A stretch of DNA of 64,000 bases from a virus: the IMG/VR virus record IMGVR_UViG_2617270889_000001. The stretch is one strand, 5' to 3'. Below, piece after piece: positions 35,898 to 45,686 of this stretch (the stretch's first letter is position 1; the number at the start of each line of letters is the position of its first letter). A program made the position numbers and the translations under genes. The notes under the pieces were generated by a model. That model was not told the DNA's origin. It saw only the letters and a list, made by a program, of their open reading frames with translations, and searched no databases.

Positions 35898-36692
35898 CTA
35901 GTTATCGCAATACACCGTACTTGCTAGTTCGTAAACTTTGTATGGCTCGCAAACTCCCAGTCCTGACAGATCAAACTTTATCTCTAAGTTGTCAGCTTTA
36001 GGATCGAGCTTGGAGCCAGAAGGGTCAATCTGAGCAGAATAAACCTCGACCAAGGTAACGGTGTCGTCACTAGATCGAGCAATAATATTGATTATTTGCG
36101 TACCTAAAGATTCTTCTGATACGGTTCTTGCCGCGATCGCAGGCAAAGGAACCTTAATATGCGTTATTTGGTTGAGTAAATTGGTAGAGAATTTTTTGGC
36201 GAAATTAGCTCCAATCGCAAAACTATTATCAGTACTTGGGCTGAAACTGTCATAAGGTTGTTGAATTAGAGGCAAAACGTCTTGATTATCAGCAACAATC
36301 GACGCAGAGGTTTGCACATCTTTGACTACACCATAACCAACCTTCCCTGTTGGTGCGCCTGGGTAGGTTAATTTTCTAATTTTTAGTTCTTTAGGAAGAA
36401 TGAGATTGTCAAAAGTGCTACGGGTAATTTTTCTGCCACGCTGCAAAGCATAAAGGTCAAGCGTTGAGCCTGAATAGGTCAACGTTAAAACGGGCTTGAA
36501 ACCCTTAACATTGTTGCCAATATTTGTTTCTCGGCCGTAAGCGTCACCTCCTGTAATTTTTTCGACATCTGGGTTGTCATCAATAACAGCATTGGTAGGC
36601 AGTCTTCCCGCCCGGACTACCCCTGTCTCCTCATCCGTTATGGTCATACCCATCACACCCGACCATTTTCTGATATAACTCTTTTCACTCAT
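35898..36692 (-). CDS. Major tail tube protein
   Basis: 264 aa, beta-rich, between tail terminator and chaperones; no sheath gene nearby. Confidence 0.7.
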   Translation of the reverse strand: MSEKSYIRKWSGVMGMTITDEETGVVRAGRLPTNAVIDDNPDVEKITGGDAYGRETNIGNNVKGFKPVLTLTYSGSTLDLYALQRGRKITRSTFDNLILPKELKIRKLTYPGAPTGKVGYGVVKDVQTSASIVADNQDVLPLIQQPYDSFSPSTDNSFAIGANFAKKFSTNLLNQITHIKVPLPAIAARTVSEESLGTQIINIIARSSDDTVTLVEVYSAQIDPSGSKLDPKADNLEIKFDLSGLGVCEPYKVYELASTVYCDN

Positions 36693-37176
36693 TGCACCCG
36701 ATATCCTCTGTTATTTCAAAATTTACTAGTAAAAATGTATACACTGGTTCGCCGTTGAGCGACATCACCCGGTACTCAGCTTTAATCTGGCTTTCAGGGT
36801 CGAAACTTGGGCAACATCCCCGATGGTTAATCCCGTACTCTCTCATAAGTGAATCAATATTAACCGCAACCCATCTTAAAATCCCTGGTATCCGTTCTTC
36901 ATCTGGAAAACTCAGACAATATCCTATGGTCATCTGAGTGGTATTTTGCCCCCAAGTGAAGTTATCGGTATTTCGGTATACCTTCAATAGCGGGAACGAG
37001 GATAAATCAGCAGGAAGGGAGTTGTAGCAAATCGCGTGACGCACTGCTACGATTCCCGTCTTCAATTCACCAATGCGATCGTTGAGTCCATCTTTGATGT
37101 AGGTGGCGATCGCCTGCATTGATGGATCGATCGTGGGAAGGGCGAGTTCGGGGAATGTGGAAGTTGACCAAACCAT
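36685..37176 (-). CDS. Tail terminator/completion-like protein
   Basis: SSFPLLKVYR motif and position upstream of the tail tube. Confidence 0.55.
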   Translation of the reverse strand: MVWSTSTFPELALPTIDPSMQAIATYIKDGLNDRIGELKTGIVAVRHAICYNSLPADLSSFPLLKVYRNTDNFTWGQNTTQMTIGYCLSFPDEERIPGILRWVAVNIDSLMREYGINHRGCCPSFDPESQIKAEYRVMSLNGEPVYTFLLVNFEITEDIGCNE

Positions 37177-37178
37177 AG

Positions 37179-37418
37179 CTATTGTTCAGCGTTCAGATTT
37201 TGCCTAATTTCATCAACCGTTATCCCTTGATTTGCAAACATTCGGGCTTGCTGTAAAGCAAAAATTGCAAACTGCTTACATTGAGGATCTTCGATTTCCA
37301 CATCAACAGCTTTAGCAAACTCTAGCGCCAGTGCGTTAATTCTGTCGTGCTTGCGGACGCGATCGCTCCCTGGCGTAGGAGGATGATAACGAAAATACTC
37401 TTCGATTGGGATATCCAT
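37179..37418 (-). CDS. Acb2/Tad1-like helical hairpin protein (candidate signalling-nucleotide sponge); start revised to ATG 37418
   Basis: YFRYHPP...RKHDRINALALEFAKAVDVEIED...KQFAIFALQQARMFANQGI matches my recollection of the FxYHxP...LEEAxMWAN consensus. Confidence 0.5.
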   Translation of the reverse strand: MDIPIEEYFRYHPPTPGSDRVRKHDRINALALEFAKAVDVEIEDPQCKQFAIFALQQARMFANQGITVDEIRQNLNAEQ

Positions 37419-37441
37419 AATTAGCTTGACCAAGCCATAAG

Positions 37442-37786
37442 TTAATTTACGATAGAACCAAGTCCAACAGCGATTGCCCCCACTGCTAAACGACGATGCC
37501 ATGTCCCTGGCTCTTTATCTTCTGAATAAACCTTAGAAGTTGCCCAAACCGTATGCCCATCAGCGTCAGGGTAATCATTAGTTCCATCTATAAAAACAAT
37601 CAAGTTTGAATAGCCCTGAGCTATTAATTCGGGCGATACATCTCGCCATAGTTTCACAATAATTGCAGGTCTAATTTCACCTTTATTTCTGCCATCTGGC
37701 AAGACATACAAAACGTGAGTTCCTTCCGTTATTCCAGTCAATTTCTGTGACATATTCACCTCTTGATTATTAAAATTATTTGACAA
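37442..37786 (-). CDS. Phage hypothetical protein (SH3-like)
   Basis: VLYVLPDG...RPAIIVKLW...NLIVFIDG...PGTWH. Confidence 0.65.
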   Translation of the reverse strand: MSNNFNNQEVNMSQKLTGITEGTHVLYVLPDGRNKGEIRPAIIVKLWRDVSPELIAQGYSNLIVFIDGTNDYPDADGHTVWATSKVYSEDKEPGTWHRRLAVGAIAVGLGSIVN

Positions 37787-37796
37787 ACGATCGCTG

Positions 37797-38255
37797 CTAA
37801 CCTCCCAAATATCCAGCTACATAAGCTGCAACTTTCTCAAGTAGCGCCGGATGCCAAAAAAGGAAAGGGCGATCGCGTTGCAACCTAGAAGCTTTGGCAA
37901 GTGCCGTACCAAATACGAGTTCAGTTTCAGTCACCTCAAATACTTCATAAGGGTTTCCTGCCGCCGTCATGCTTTGGAGTAGTTCGCCAGTGTCGCGGAG
38001 GATCTGACCATTACGACGGATGGGACGAGCAAGTAAGTATTCATTACTCAAAGCTTCCCAATTCTCACCGCCCAGTACTTCACCACCTGTTTCTGTGGCG
38101 GGGGATGACTGGAAGCGTAAATCCACATCTTCTTGGATAAGTAACCGGATAGCGGGGCCAGCTTCCCTAATATCCTGCACTCTGAGTTTGATACCTTGCA
38201 GAAGTTCCGAAGCTTTTTGTAAGTCGCCTGTATTAATTTCAAGTGTTAATCCCAC
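37797..38255 (-). CDS. Virion morphogenesis/neck protein (Mu gpG-like)
   Basis: RFQSSP...WEALS...GQILRDTGELLQSM...LVFGT...RPFL. Confidence 0.8.
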   Translation of the reverse strand: MGLTLEINTGDLQKASELLQGIKLRVQDIREAGPAIRLLIQEDVDLRFQSSPATETGGEVLGGENWEALSNEYLLARPIRRNGQILRDTGELLQSMTAAGNPYEVFEVTETELVFGTALAKASRLQRDRPFLFWHPALLEKVAAYVAGYLGG

Positions 38256-38520
38256 TAGCGATCGCCTCCTTTATTGCTTTGGCTATCTGGTCAATAGATG
38301 AGGGCGAAAGCTCTGAATTATGTGCATAACCATGCCCAATATATTGACCAACAAGTTGAGGTGAATCACTGTATGAGCGGTTAATTATTTCTAGCGCTTG
38401 AACGACATCACCAAGATTTCGCGGTGTCGCTCTTAGTGCAAGTAATCGCTCCAATAAGCTTCTTAAATACTGTTCCGCTTCGCTTATTTCTTTGATAATT
38501 TGCTCGTTATCTGGCTGCAT
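38239..38520 (-). CDS. Hypothetical protein flanked by a 15-bp direct repeat
   Basis: ATTTCAAGTGTTAAT at 38236-38250 and 38523-38537. Confidence 0.6.
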   Translation of the reverse strand: MQPDNEQIIKEISEAEQYLRSLLERLLALRATPRNLGDVVQALEIINRSYSDSPQLVGQYIGHGYAHNSELSPSSIDQIAKAIKEAIASGINT

Positions 38521-38549
38521 TGATTTCAAGTGTTAATTCGATCTAGTTT

Positions 38550-41219
38550 TTAGCTGTGTGCCTTGTAGCGGTAGTAGTCTATAGGGGTAAACCCAGTAAC
38601 CGCAGAAAGGGCAAGCCCCGCACCTGCAATCAAACGCTTACGTTTTGCCTTTCGGACTATAACGGTTTTGCCTTTTTTTGTGCGGCGAGTGTAAGTGCTG
38701 CTAAAATTAGCCGAGCAACAACAGTGGCGTTTCAAAACACGGCGTTTAAGTCTACGTTTCAATCCTGCGAAAAACGCGGTCTTGGGGTTTCCCCAAGTGG
38801 AGCGATTTTTCAAGACAGTACCAAATTCCGCCGTTTTAATTGGGTGGCGAGACGCTGCAATGCTATTACCACCAATTCGTCTTTTAGCGACTCTAGAACC
38901 GCTTCCTTCTCCGAATTTGTAAGTATGCTGTAAGCTGGCAAGGACTTCATCGTATACCTCCTTTTCTACTTTTTTGGGATTCTCACCATTGGCTATGCGT
39001 TCAGAGGCGCGGTTAATTGCGGTTGATGTTGCACCTGATAAGTTCTTTTCTTTATCAAAGGCATCAAGCGCTTTGGATGCTGTCTCTGAGATTTCGGCTG
39101 ATTCAGCTACATTTATCTGGTTGCCAGCCTTAGCCAAATCTTCAGCAGCACGCGATCGCCCCACTGTGCCAAATAGCTTTTTCTCTCTAGCTAGTTGACG
39201 TTTAATCGAAGCTTGGATTTGCGCTTTTTCCACAGCAAGCGATCGCGTCTCTGGAGAAAATCCAAGCAAGTCAAACAACCCACCTTGGGATTCCTGCACT
39301 TTAGGAGCGCCAACCACCATATCGGTTAATTCCTGGATGGTATCGTTGTTAATTTTCTTTCCTCGTTTCTCCTCCTTCTCAATCAGGTCTACCAATTCTT
39401 GCTGCTGTTTGTGGTCTTTGAGTGCGTTACCAATTGTCACGGCTCGTTGTTCGGGTAGCGTTCCCTGTACCACGCGGAAGAATAATGGTTCATTAAGTCG
39501 GGATAAAGCTAAACCATCAGTAGCAATTTTTTCACGCATTGGTATGCCCTTGCGTTCTAAATCTTCTCGACTCACTCCAGAATCGCGGAAGAATTTAGCA
39601 GCATCTAATGCATTGCCACGACCCTCAGCTATGTTAGTTAAAGCACCAACAGCGCGGGCTTCTTGCGGAGATTTGGCTTTGATGAATTTAGCAGTCATGG
39701 TTTTGACACCAAGCGCCTTGGCTCGTTCGGTGCGGTTGTGACCATTCACTACATATACTTGCTTGTCCTTGGGATCTTGCCAAACTTGGATAATGCCAGC
39801 TAAGTTTGCATCCCAAGTTTTAACTCCAGAGAGGGAGCCAACTGAACCAGTAGAAGTTTGAGCGCCCAAGATTTTGTATTGAAAGCGTTTCGGGTCAACT
39901 TTTAGCTTTGACACCTCCACTTCAGCAATACCACTAGAAAGTACCTGCCTTGCTCCAACGCTAGCAGCTGCTTGGGTTAGTTGTAGTTTTTCCTTTTGGG
40001 ACTTTAACTTGGCTTGGCGATCGCCTACCGATTGTAATAGTTGGCGATCGTAGTCGTTTTGAGGGAGTCTCCCTTGCTGGGCATCACGGTAAACTTGGGC
40101 GCGTTGCTTGGTGTACTGCTTGTAGGTGATTGGAGTTTTGGTTTTGATTCCCGTTTTTGGGTCGGTGTAGCACTTGCGGTTGTAGGGGATGAAGGTTTTA
40201 CCGCATTGCCAACCACCACGCCCAAACTCTATCCTTCTGCCATCTGCCCTCTGCCCTCTGCCTTCATTAAATTCAGCGCGGCGTTTGATGCGTTTTTTGA
40301 ATAGTGGCAGTCCACCTTGTAAATCTTTGTCGTATGCTAACGGGTTGAATAGGGAAGTTTGAGTATTTTTCTGAGCTTGTTGCTCAGTTTTGAGTTTAGC
40401 CATCCGCGCTTTTTTGGCTTGTTCTTCCCATGATTTAATTCGGGATTGGTCGCCTGACTTTTTAGCCTCAGCTAACTCTTGATTGGCGTAAGCTTCACGG
40501 TCAGCAGCCGATTTAAGGTCTTCAGCTTTGATGAGCTTTTTATTAGATTCCTTGGGTGGGGGCGGGGTGTCTTTGTCGTTCCCGTCTAGGTTTAAGGCTG
40601 GTTTATCCTTTACTCCAAATCTTTGTGCTAACTCTGGATACCCCTGTTGTAAATCTGGGTATCCCTGCTTGGCTGCATTGTGGTTAACTTTGCTCCAAAT
40701 TTCGGCATACTTACCTTTGTTGAAATCGTCAAAAGCTTTTCCAGTTGTCTCTTTATCTTTTTTTCTAGTGGCACTGCTAGCTGCACGGGAAAGGCGATCG
40801 CGCTCCGTACTCACCTGCTCGTATTCACGATAAACATCAGGTGGTAGGTAATCTTTTAATCTATCTTCATACTGATTAACTGTTAATTCTTTAGGATTGT
40901 CTAACTCTTTTAATTTAGATGCCCATTGAGAGCGCTGTTTTTGAATATCAACAGATGGTGGTTTATTTTTCCATCCTGGTACAGCAGCCCGACGGCGATC
41001 GCGTATAGCCTGCTCTCTATCTTTATATAGCGTTTGTGCAGCTTTACCCTTAGAACCGACAATCTTCTGGTAAACCTGATAGTTAATTGGGGTCTTTAAC
41101 CGTTTACCAGTCTTGGGGTCAGTCCAACATTTGGCGCGATTAGGGATGAAAGTGCCACCACAAGGCCAACCAAATTCGGCGCGGCTGTAATCGGACATTC
41201 TAAACAGTACCGTTCCCAC
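38550..41219 (-). CDS. Large head-module protein with two CG-x-TFIP-x4-C repeats and a ParB-like (DdrB-type) domain; start revised to GTG 41219
   Basis: GWPCGGTFIPNRAKCWTDPKTG and GWQCGKTFIPYNRKCYTDPKTG; VDPKRFQYK...W...VYVVNGHNR. Confidence 0.7.
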   Translation of the reverse strand: MGTVLFRMSDYSRAEFGWPCGGTFIPNRAKCWTDPKTGKRLKTPINYQVYQKIVGSKGKAAQTLYKDREQAIRDRRRAAVPGWKNKPPSVDIQKQRSQWASKLKELDNPKELTVNQYEDRLKDYLPPDVYREYEQVSTERDRLSRAASSATRKKDKETTGKAFDDFNKGKYAEIWSKVNHNAAKQGYPDLQQGYPELAQRFGVKDKPALNLDGNDKDTPPPPKESNKKLIKAEDLKSAADREAYANQELAEAKKSGDQSRIKSWEEQAKKARMAKLKTEQQAQKNTQTSLFNPLAYDKDLQGGLPLFKKRIKRRAEFNEGRGQRADGRRIEFGRGGWQCGKTFIPYNRKCYTDPKTGIKTKTPITYKQYTKQRAQVYRDAQQGRLPQNDYDRQLLQSVGDRQAKLKSQKEKLQLTQAAASVGARQVLSSGIAEVEVSKLKVDPKRFQYKILGAQTSTGSVGSLSGVKTWDANLAGIIQVWQDPKDKQVYVVNGHNRTERAKALGVKTMTAKFIKAKSPQEARAVGALTNIAEGRGNALDAAKFFRDSGVSREDLERKGIPMREKIATDGLALSRLNEPLFFRVVQGTLPEQRAVTIGNALKDHKQQQELVDLIEKEEKRGKKINNDTIQELTDMVVGAPKVQESQGGLFDLLGFSPETRSLAVEKAQIQASIKRQLAREKKLFGTVGRSRAAEDLAKAGNQINVAESAEISETASKALDAFDKEKNLSGATSTAINRASERIANGENPKKVEKEVYDEVLASLQHTYKFGEGSGSRVAKRRIGGNSIAASRHPIKTAEFGTVLKNRSTWGNPKTAFFAGLKRRLKRRVLKRHCCCSANFSSTYTRRTKKGKTVIVRKAKRKRLIAGAGLALSAVTGFTPIDYYRYKAHS

Positions 41220-41220
41220 G

Positions 41221-41760
41221 TTAGATCCCCCAATCAATAGAACTGGCAGCAGCCGGATTTCGCTGCTCAACTATGCTATAGCTACGGCTAACAACATCGG
41301 GTATCTCTCCTCTCTTAGGTACTCCCGGTAGAACCATAGGCTCAACTCGATTGAATGCAGTTGATGGTGGAGGAGCTAATCCAGGCAACGTAATCCCGAT
41401 CGCCTGACACTCTTCCTTGGCTTGCTTAAATAGGATCGCACCATACCCCTGATCGCCCCCCTCCCCTTGAGTTTGCTGGTAATGGGTACTCATAATTTCA
41501 GCAACCACAAATTTCTCAACAATGGATGCAAGAATTCTCAATGATTGGGTAGCATCGTTAGGGACAGGTAGCTCATAGAGCATAGATAGAGCCATGTCTA
41601 ACTTGGCTTCTACCTGTTCGCCAAGTTGCTCGTATAAAGAGTAATCAACTTGTTTTGCTCCGAGTGCTTGGGTTTGCCCTAGTGTCGGTGGCCCATTGTT
41701 TAGTTCAAGGCGGTTTTTGAGGCGACGGGCGATCGCCTCTGGAGTTGTGTATTTAAGCAT
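41221..41760 (-). CDS. Head-tail adaptor (Mu gp36-like); start revised to ATG 41760
   Basis: MLKYTTPEAIARRL...EAKLDMALSMLYELPV. Confidence 0.7.
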   Translation of the reverse strand: MLKYTTPEAIARRLKNRLELNNGPPTLGQTQALGAKQVDYSLYEQLGEQVEAKLDMALSMLYELPVPNDATQSLRILASIVEKFVVAEIMSTHYQQTQGEGGDQGYGAILFKQAKEECQAIGITLPGLAPPPSTAFNRVEPMVLPGVPKRGEIPDVVSRSYSIVEQRNPAAASSIDWGI

Positions 41761-42082
41761 TGGGATTGTAACCTGTGTAGCCTCTAGCCTTAATTTGATA
41801 CCTACCAACGTTACCTTGAGCGGTTATCCCTAAACCTCGCTCCCCTATACTTGGGCGAAATTCCTCACGGATGTTACGGCGATCGCTCCTCACAGAACCC
41901 ACACCTAAACCGTAGGCTTCACCTTTATCAATAGGGACGGATAGCCTAGCAGAAATTCGCCCCCGTTCAACCTTGAGACGATTCCTTGATTTGCGGACAA
42001 TTTGTTGCTTGCCGTTGCGGATGCGGGTGTAGGTAGAAGAGAAATTAGCTTGGCTGAATAACGCTACCAGTGGGTAATTCAT
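41753..42082 (-). CDS. Small basic head-module protein
   Basis: ANFSSTYTRIRNGKQQIVRK, shared with the C-terminus of the 38550 ORF. Confidence 0.6.
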   Translation of the reverse strand: MNYPLVALFSQANFSSTYTRIRNGKQQIVRKSRNRLKVERGRISARLSVPIDKGEAYGLGVGSVRSDRRNIREEFRPSIGERGLGITAQGNVGRYQIKARGYTGYNPNA

Positions 42083-42566
42083 CGGTTATCGCCTGCCCAA
42101 AGAGTGTTTGATCGAATAGCAATTTATCTGAATAAGTTTCCCACTTCAGATTTTTACCAAGGGGGACGCGTAGCTTTAAATCTTCCAAGCTAGTAAAGGG
42201 AGATTTTACTCGCTCCTCTGCTACCTTTTTGGCAACAACAATGCTGACACCTTCAAGGGCAGCGATCGCCTCTATGGTTGCGTCGTTAATGTGAATCCTT
42301 TCAGGAGTAGGGACTACCACAGTAGAAGTTCCGTAATTAACTTGCTCGTTGTTGGGAGTTTCTGCACCAATTTTTATAATGGTTTCTTCAAAACTGCCAG
42401 CAAAGGGGCTAAACGTTGGGATATCTGGGGAACCTTGAGTAACATATTCTTCAGTTAGTAGTGCCGTAGGCAATTCACCTGGCTTATATTCCCGTGGATG
42501 GTAAAAGTTGCCTTGATACTGTGCGTGTTTTTTCAGCGTTACAGGTTGATTTGGATCGATTGTCAT
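42045..42566 (-). CDS. ComEA/PsbU-type helix-hairpin-helix protein; start revised to ATG 42566
   Basis: IHINDATIEAIAALEGVSIVVAKKVAEERVKSPFTSLEDL; ATGA overlap with the capsid stop. Confidence 0.75.
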   Translation of the reverse strand: MTIDPNQPVTLKKHAQYQGNFYHPREYKPGELPTALLTEEYVTQGSPDIPTFSPFAGSFEETIIKIGAETPNNEQVNYGTSTVVVPTPERIHINDATIEAIAALEGVSIVVAKKVAEERVKSPFTSLEDLKLRVPLGKNLKWETYSDKLLFDQTLFGQAITDELPTGSVIQPS

Positions 42567-43702
42567 CACGCCACCTTCCTTGCTGCTAGCTGCTTGGGTT
42601 GTGCAATCCAAGGAATCATTCTGCCTACTGCGTAAGAGCGGCTTTCCGGTGGTGAAGATTTTAAAGTTTCTTCACTTTTAATAAAGATTCCTGGTTTGCC
42701 TTTAGCTTCAATCGTGGGGCCAAATAAACGTTTGCTCATGCCTTTGGTTAAGAAAACATAAGTATCGTTGGGGAAATATCGCCCTCTAATATTTTGCCCT
42801 GGCGCGATTTCAATTTCATACTGAGCATCACTAACCCGGAGTTTAGGAATTTTCAACTCAGTGGTAATTTTCTCCAAAATTGTTTGCCCGACCATTGCTT
42901 GCACAGATGAACCAGGGACGTTGTTGATTATCCCTAAACCGAGTGCGTAGTTGCGGGTTGATTGTTGCCTGAGCAAGTTATCCATCAAGTCTTGCGATAA
43001 CACGGTTTCATCTGGATAGTAGCCATTGAGATCGTAGAATGCGCGTGCGTGCCGCTGCAAATTGTCTATACCATTGGCGTTAGTGGCATCAGTCCAGATA
43101 GCGCTGCCTAAAGTGTTACCAGTCAAAGGGGCCGGGAATAAAGTTGGCTCGGTATTGTATTGCAAGCGAAAGCGGGAACCCGATCGCGTATCGGTAAAGT
43201 CGCATAGTCCAGTAGTGACGGTTTGCCACCACAAAACATTAGCGGTTTTCACAACTCTAGGTTGGAGACTGTCTACCGTACCAATTAGCAGATCCACAAA
43301 ATAGCGGGGCATATTCTGCATTTGCGCCAGTTCCATCATCCGGATCTCATCTTCTTCATTGAAGATGTGGGAGATCGCAATCTTACCGAACGACGAACCT
43401 TCAATTTTGGTCAAGCGACCTGCACGGGTTTGGGGGATTTCTTGACCTGTGGCAATGATAGACGCGATCGCCATGTTCCTTTCGATCATGTATTCCAACA
43501 CCCGGAAATCGTCGGTCATTTCCATCGGTGCGTACTCATCAGGGATGATGTATTGGTCAAGCAGTTTCATATCAGGCTGCTTACCTTCGGTTTTGAGGCG
43601 AATTTCCTTATTAGGATCGACCAAGAATGCGCTTGTATTGTCAATCAGCGCATCTATCTTGGTTTTAATTCGGGCTGTATTGAGAAATTTTGCAATAGAC
43701 AT
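42566..43702 (-). CDS. Major capsid protein (HK97 fold, lambda E-like family)
   Basis: 378 aa after the decoration gene; KIAISHIFNEEDE..., GRMIPWIAQPKQL terminus. Confidence 0.85.
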   Translation of the reverse strand: MSIAKFLNTARIKTKIDALIDNTSAFLVDPNKEIRLKTEGKQPDMKLLDQYIIPDEYAPMEMTDDFRVLEYMIERNMAIASIIATGQEIPQTRAGRLTKIEGSSFGKIAISHIFNEEDEIRMMELAQMQNMPRYFVDLLIGTVDSLQPRVVKTANVLWWQTVTTGLCDFTDTRSGSRFRLQYNTEPTLFPAPLTGNTLGSAIWTDATNANGIDNLQRHARAFYDLNGYYPDETVLSQDLMDNLLRQQSTRNYALGLGIINNVPGSSVQAMVGQTILEKITTELKIPKLRVSDAQYEIEIAPGQNIRGRYFPNDTYVFLTKGMSKRLFGPTIEAKGKPGIFIKSEETLKSSPPESRSYAVGRMIPWIAQPKQLAARKVA

Positions 43703-43708
43703 TTTAGG

Positions 43709-43736
43709 TTGGGAACTGGGGATTAGGGGCTAGGGA
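43709..43736. repeat. Degenerate STRR1-type array (ATTGGGG-like)
   Basis: ttgggaactggggattaggggctaggga. Confidence 0.6.
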
Positions 43737-43742
43737 TTAAAA

Positions 43743-44675
43743 TTAACCGCCTGTGTAAATCGGTATGAAACTGAGTCGGGGCATGGACGCAACGATGTGT
43801 CCATCAATATAGGGCAAAGCTAAAGTATTGATTGCTGCCATGTTGTAACCAGCGATCGCGTCTCCCCTATCCTGCCCCTCGTCATCGGTGAGGTAATACT
43901 CGTGAGTGAGAATACACAGTGGTGTATCGGTGATAGTTCCAATTTTTGTACCAATAACTTGGTTTCCATTAGAACTAGAAGCGGTAATAGTCAAAGCGCC
44001 TACAGGTGTTGTGACTGCTACAACTGCCGTACCTGTACTACCACCAGTACCTTGAGCTACGCTGCTCGTTACGGTAAAAACCGCTCTATTCTGACGGTGA
44101 GTGAAAGTAATCACAGCACCGGCAACAGTGGCATCAATATCAGCCCAACTTGAAGTTTGTGATTTTTGGGCATCGAATGCAGTCTTTAATCCAGTGGCGA
44201 CATCACTAGGTACTGTAGTTGTGGCAGTAAATCCAAAAGAAATGCCGTCTGCGGTGAGAGTGAAAATGTTACCGACTGCTGGGGAGGCGATCGTTACTGT
44301 AGTAGTTTGCGGCCCATCTGTGGCAGAAACTGCGGTTACTGTTCCAAAAGCTGCCGCACTTGCGTTTACTACCGCAGCATTTTCAGCAGTGGGAGTGCTT
44401 GAAGGCGTACCAATTACTTTGAGAACATCCCCTGGTTTAAATGCCCAGGGATTATTCACAATCACGGTGGTTGCATCGCTAGCATAAGGACTGATAATTT
44501 TCGCCCTTGGCAATATGCGGTTAGCAGTAGTCAATATACTGCCAGGTAATATACGCCGATGACCGCCAATTTTAGCGATATCAGTAGGTGTAATATATCG
44601 TCCATACAGTCTCTCGGTGTTGACGTTGTTGTATAGGACTGGGCGCTCAATTCTGTAACTGTAGCGAGTAAGCAT
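43743..44675 (-). CDS. Head decoration/cement protein with an inserted T/A-rich Ig-like segment
   Basis: RRILPGSIL...ILTHE...LPYID flanks around TVTIASPAVGNIFTLT...ATVAGAVITFT. Confidence 0.65.
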   Translation of the reverse strand: MLTRYSYRIERPVLYNNVNTERLYGRYITPTDIAKIGGHRRILPGSILTTANRILPRAKIISPYASDATTVIVNNPWAFKPGDVLKVIGTPSSTPTAENAAVVNASAAAFGTVTAVSATDGPQTTTVTIASPAVGNIFTLTADGISFGFTATTTVPSDVATGLKTAFDAQKSQTSSWADIDATVAGAVITFTHRQNRAVFTVTSSVAQGTGGSTGTAVVAVTTPVGALTITASSSNGNQVIGTKIGTITDTPLCILTHEYYLTDDEGQDRGDAIAGYNMAAINTLALPYIDGHIVASMPRLSFIPIYTGG

Positions 44676-44715
44676 GGTTTTGTATTACGAAATATTAAGA
44701 CCAATTGGTCTTGGT

Positions 44716-45678
44716 TTATTGGTAGCCGTGGCGAGAACGGTAATTGCTTACAAATTCTTTGCTTTCTTCTTTTTCGTGAGCATCGACATCAATCGTCTCT
44801 ACTACCTCTTGTGAGAAGAAAGCGCTGTAGTTTGATGGGCCTGATTGAGCTTTCCAGTTTAAACAAAACTCAACGTTGTCTAAATACTGCGATGGATTTA
44901 CGCCACTGTTGTTGCAAAACTGGCAAAACACTGCAACGCTATCTACGTCTTGGCTAAAGTTGGCTGAACGGAGCAAAGAATTACGTTCTGCTGGGGTGAG
45001 TATGTTTCGCTCCTCTAGGCTATCGGCTATTTTTTCAAGTTGGCGCAACCTAAAGCCTACCTCGCGTTCAGTTTGGATAGAGTTGAATTCAGCTCGTAAA
45101 TTTTGGACACTTGTGTTGAGCGATTTGTGCTGAGCGGAGTCGAAGTAAGTCGAAACATCAGCAGACATCTCAACTGAGTCGTCGGGCATTGCTTCATTGT
45201 ATGCTTCTTGCCCTAAAAGCATAAATTGCTGATAAGCCATCTCATCATCAGAGAGGAAATGGTCAGCGATCGCCTGGGTGACTTCGGGAACTGGGGCAGC
45301 TGCCCCCATTAAATAAGCCTGCACTTCTTCGGGGGTGATATTTGCGACTTCAGAAACTGTAGCAATCCCCTCTGCTGGATCGTCAAAGCTATCATCAATG
45401 ATACCTGAAAGCATCTCGCCAAAGTCAGCACCAGCAGCGCTCGTCATTTCTGGTTCAAATTCAACTTGAACTTCTATATCAAAGATGTCGAGTTGATTTT
45501 GAGCGTGGTCTTCAATAGCTTGTCCGATGGTGGCATCTACATCGCCAGAGTCAACCTGTCCGCCTGCCTCAGCTTCTAAGGCACTGTGGACTAAGGTAAT
45601 AAATTCTACGTAATTATTGTTAAGGTGTTGAATTTCTTCGTAGTCAGAGAGTGATTGTAATTGCTCAAGTACGTCCAT
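44716..45678 (-). CDS. Capsid scaffolding protein
   Basis: Acidic, helical, between protease and decoration/capsid genes. Confidence 0.6.
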   Translation of the reverse strand: MDVLEQLQSLSDYEEIQHLNNNYVEFITLVHSALEAEAGGQVDSGDVDATIGQAIEDHAQNQLDIFDIEVQVEFEPEMTSAAGADFGEMLSGIIDDSFDDPAEGIATVSEVANITPEEVQAYLMGAAAPVPEVTQAIADHFLSDDEMAYQQFMLLGQEAYNEAMPDDSVEMSADVSTYFDSAQHKSLNTSVQNLRAEFNSIQTEREVGFRLRQLEKIADSLEERNILTPAERNSLLRSANFSQDVDSVAVFCQFCNNSGVNPSQYLDNVEFCLNWKAQSGPSNYSAFFSQEVVETIDVDAHEKEESKEFVSNYRSRHGYQ

Positions 45679-45686
45679 AATTATTA

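Noticed and set aside
35898-36692. Contractile tail or tailocin
   Set aside because: No sheath or baseplate wedge genes recognised; G/GT chaperones and a very long tape measure fit a siphovirus.
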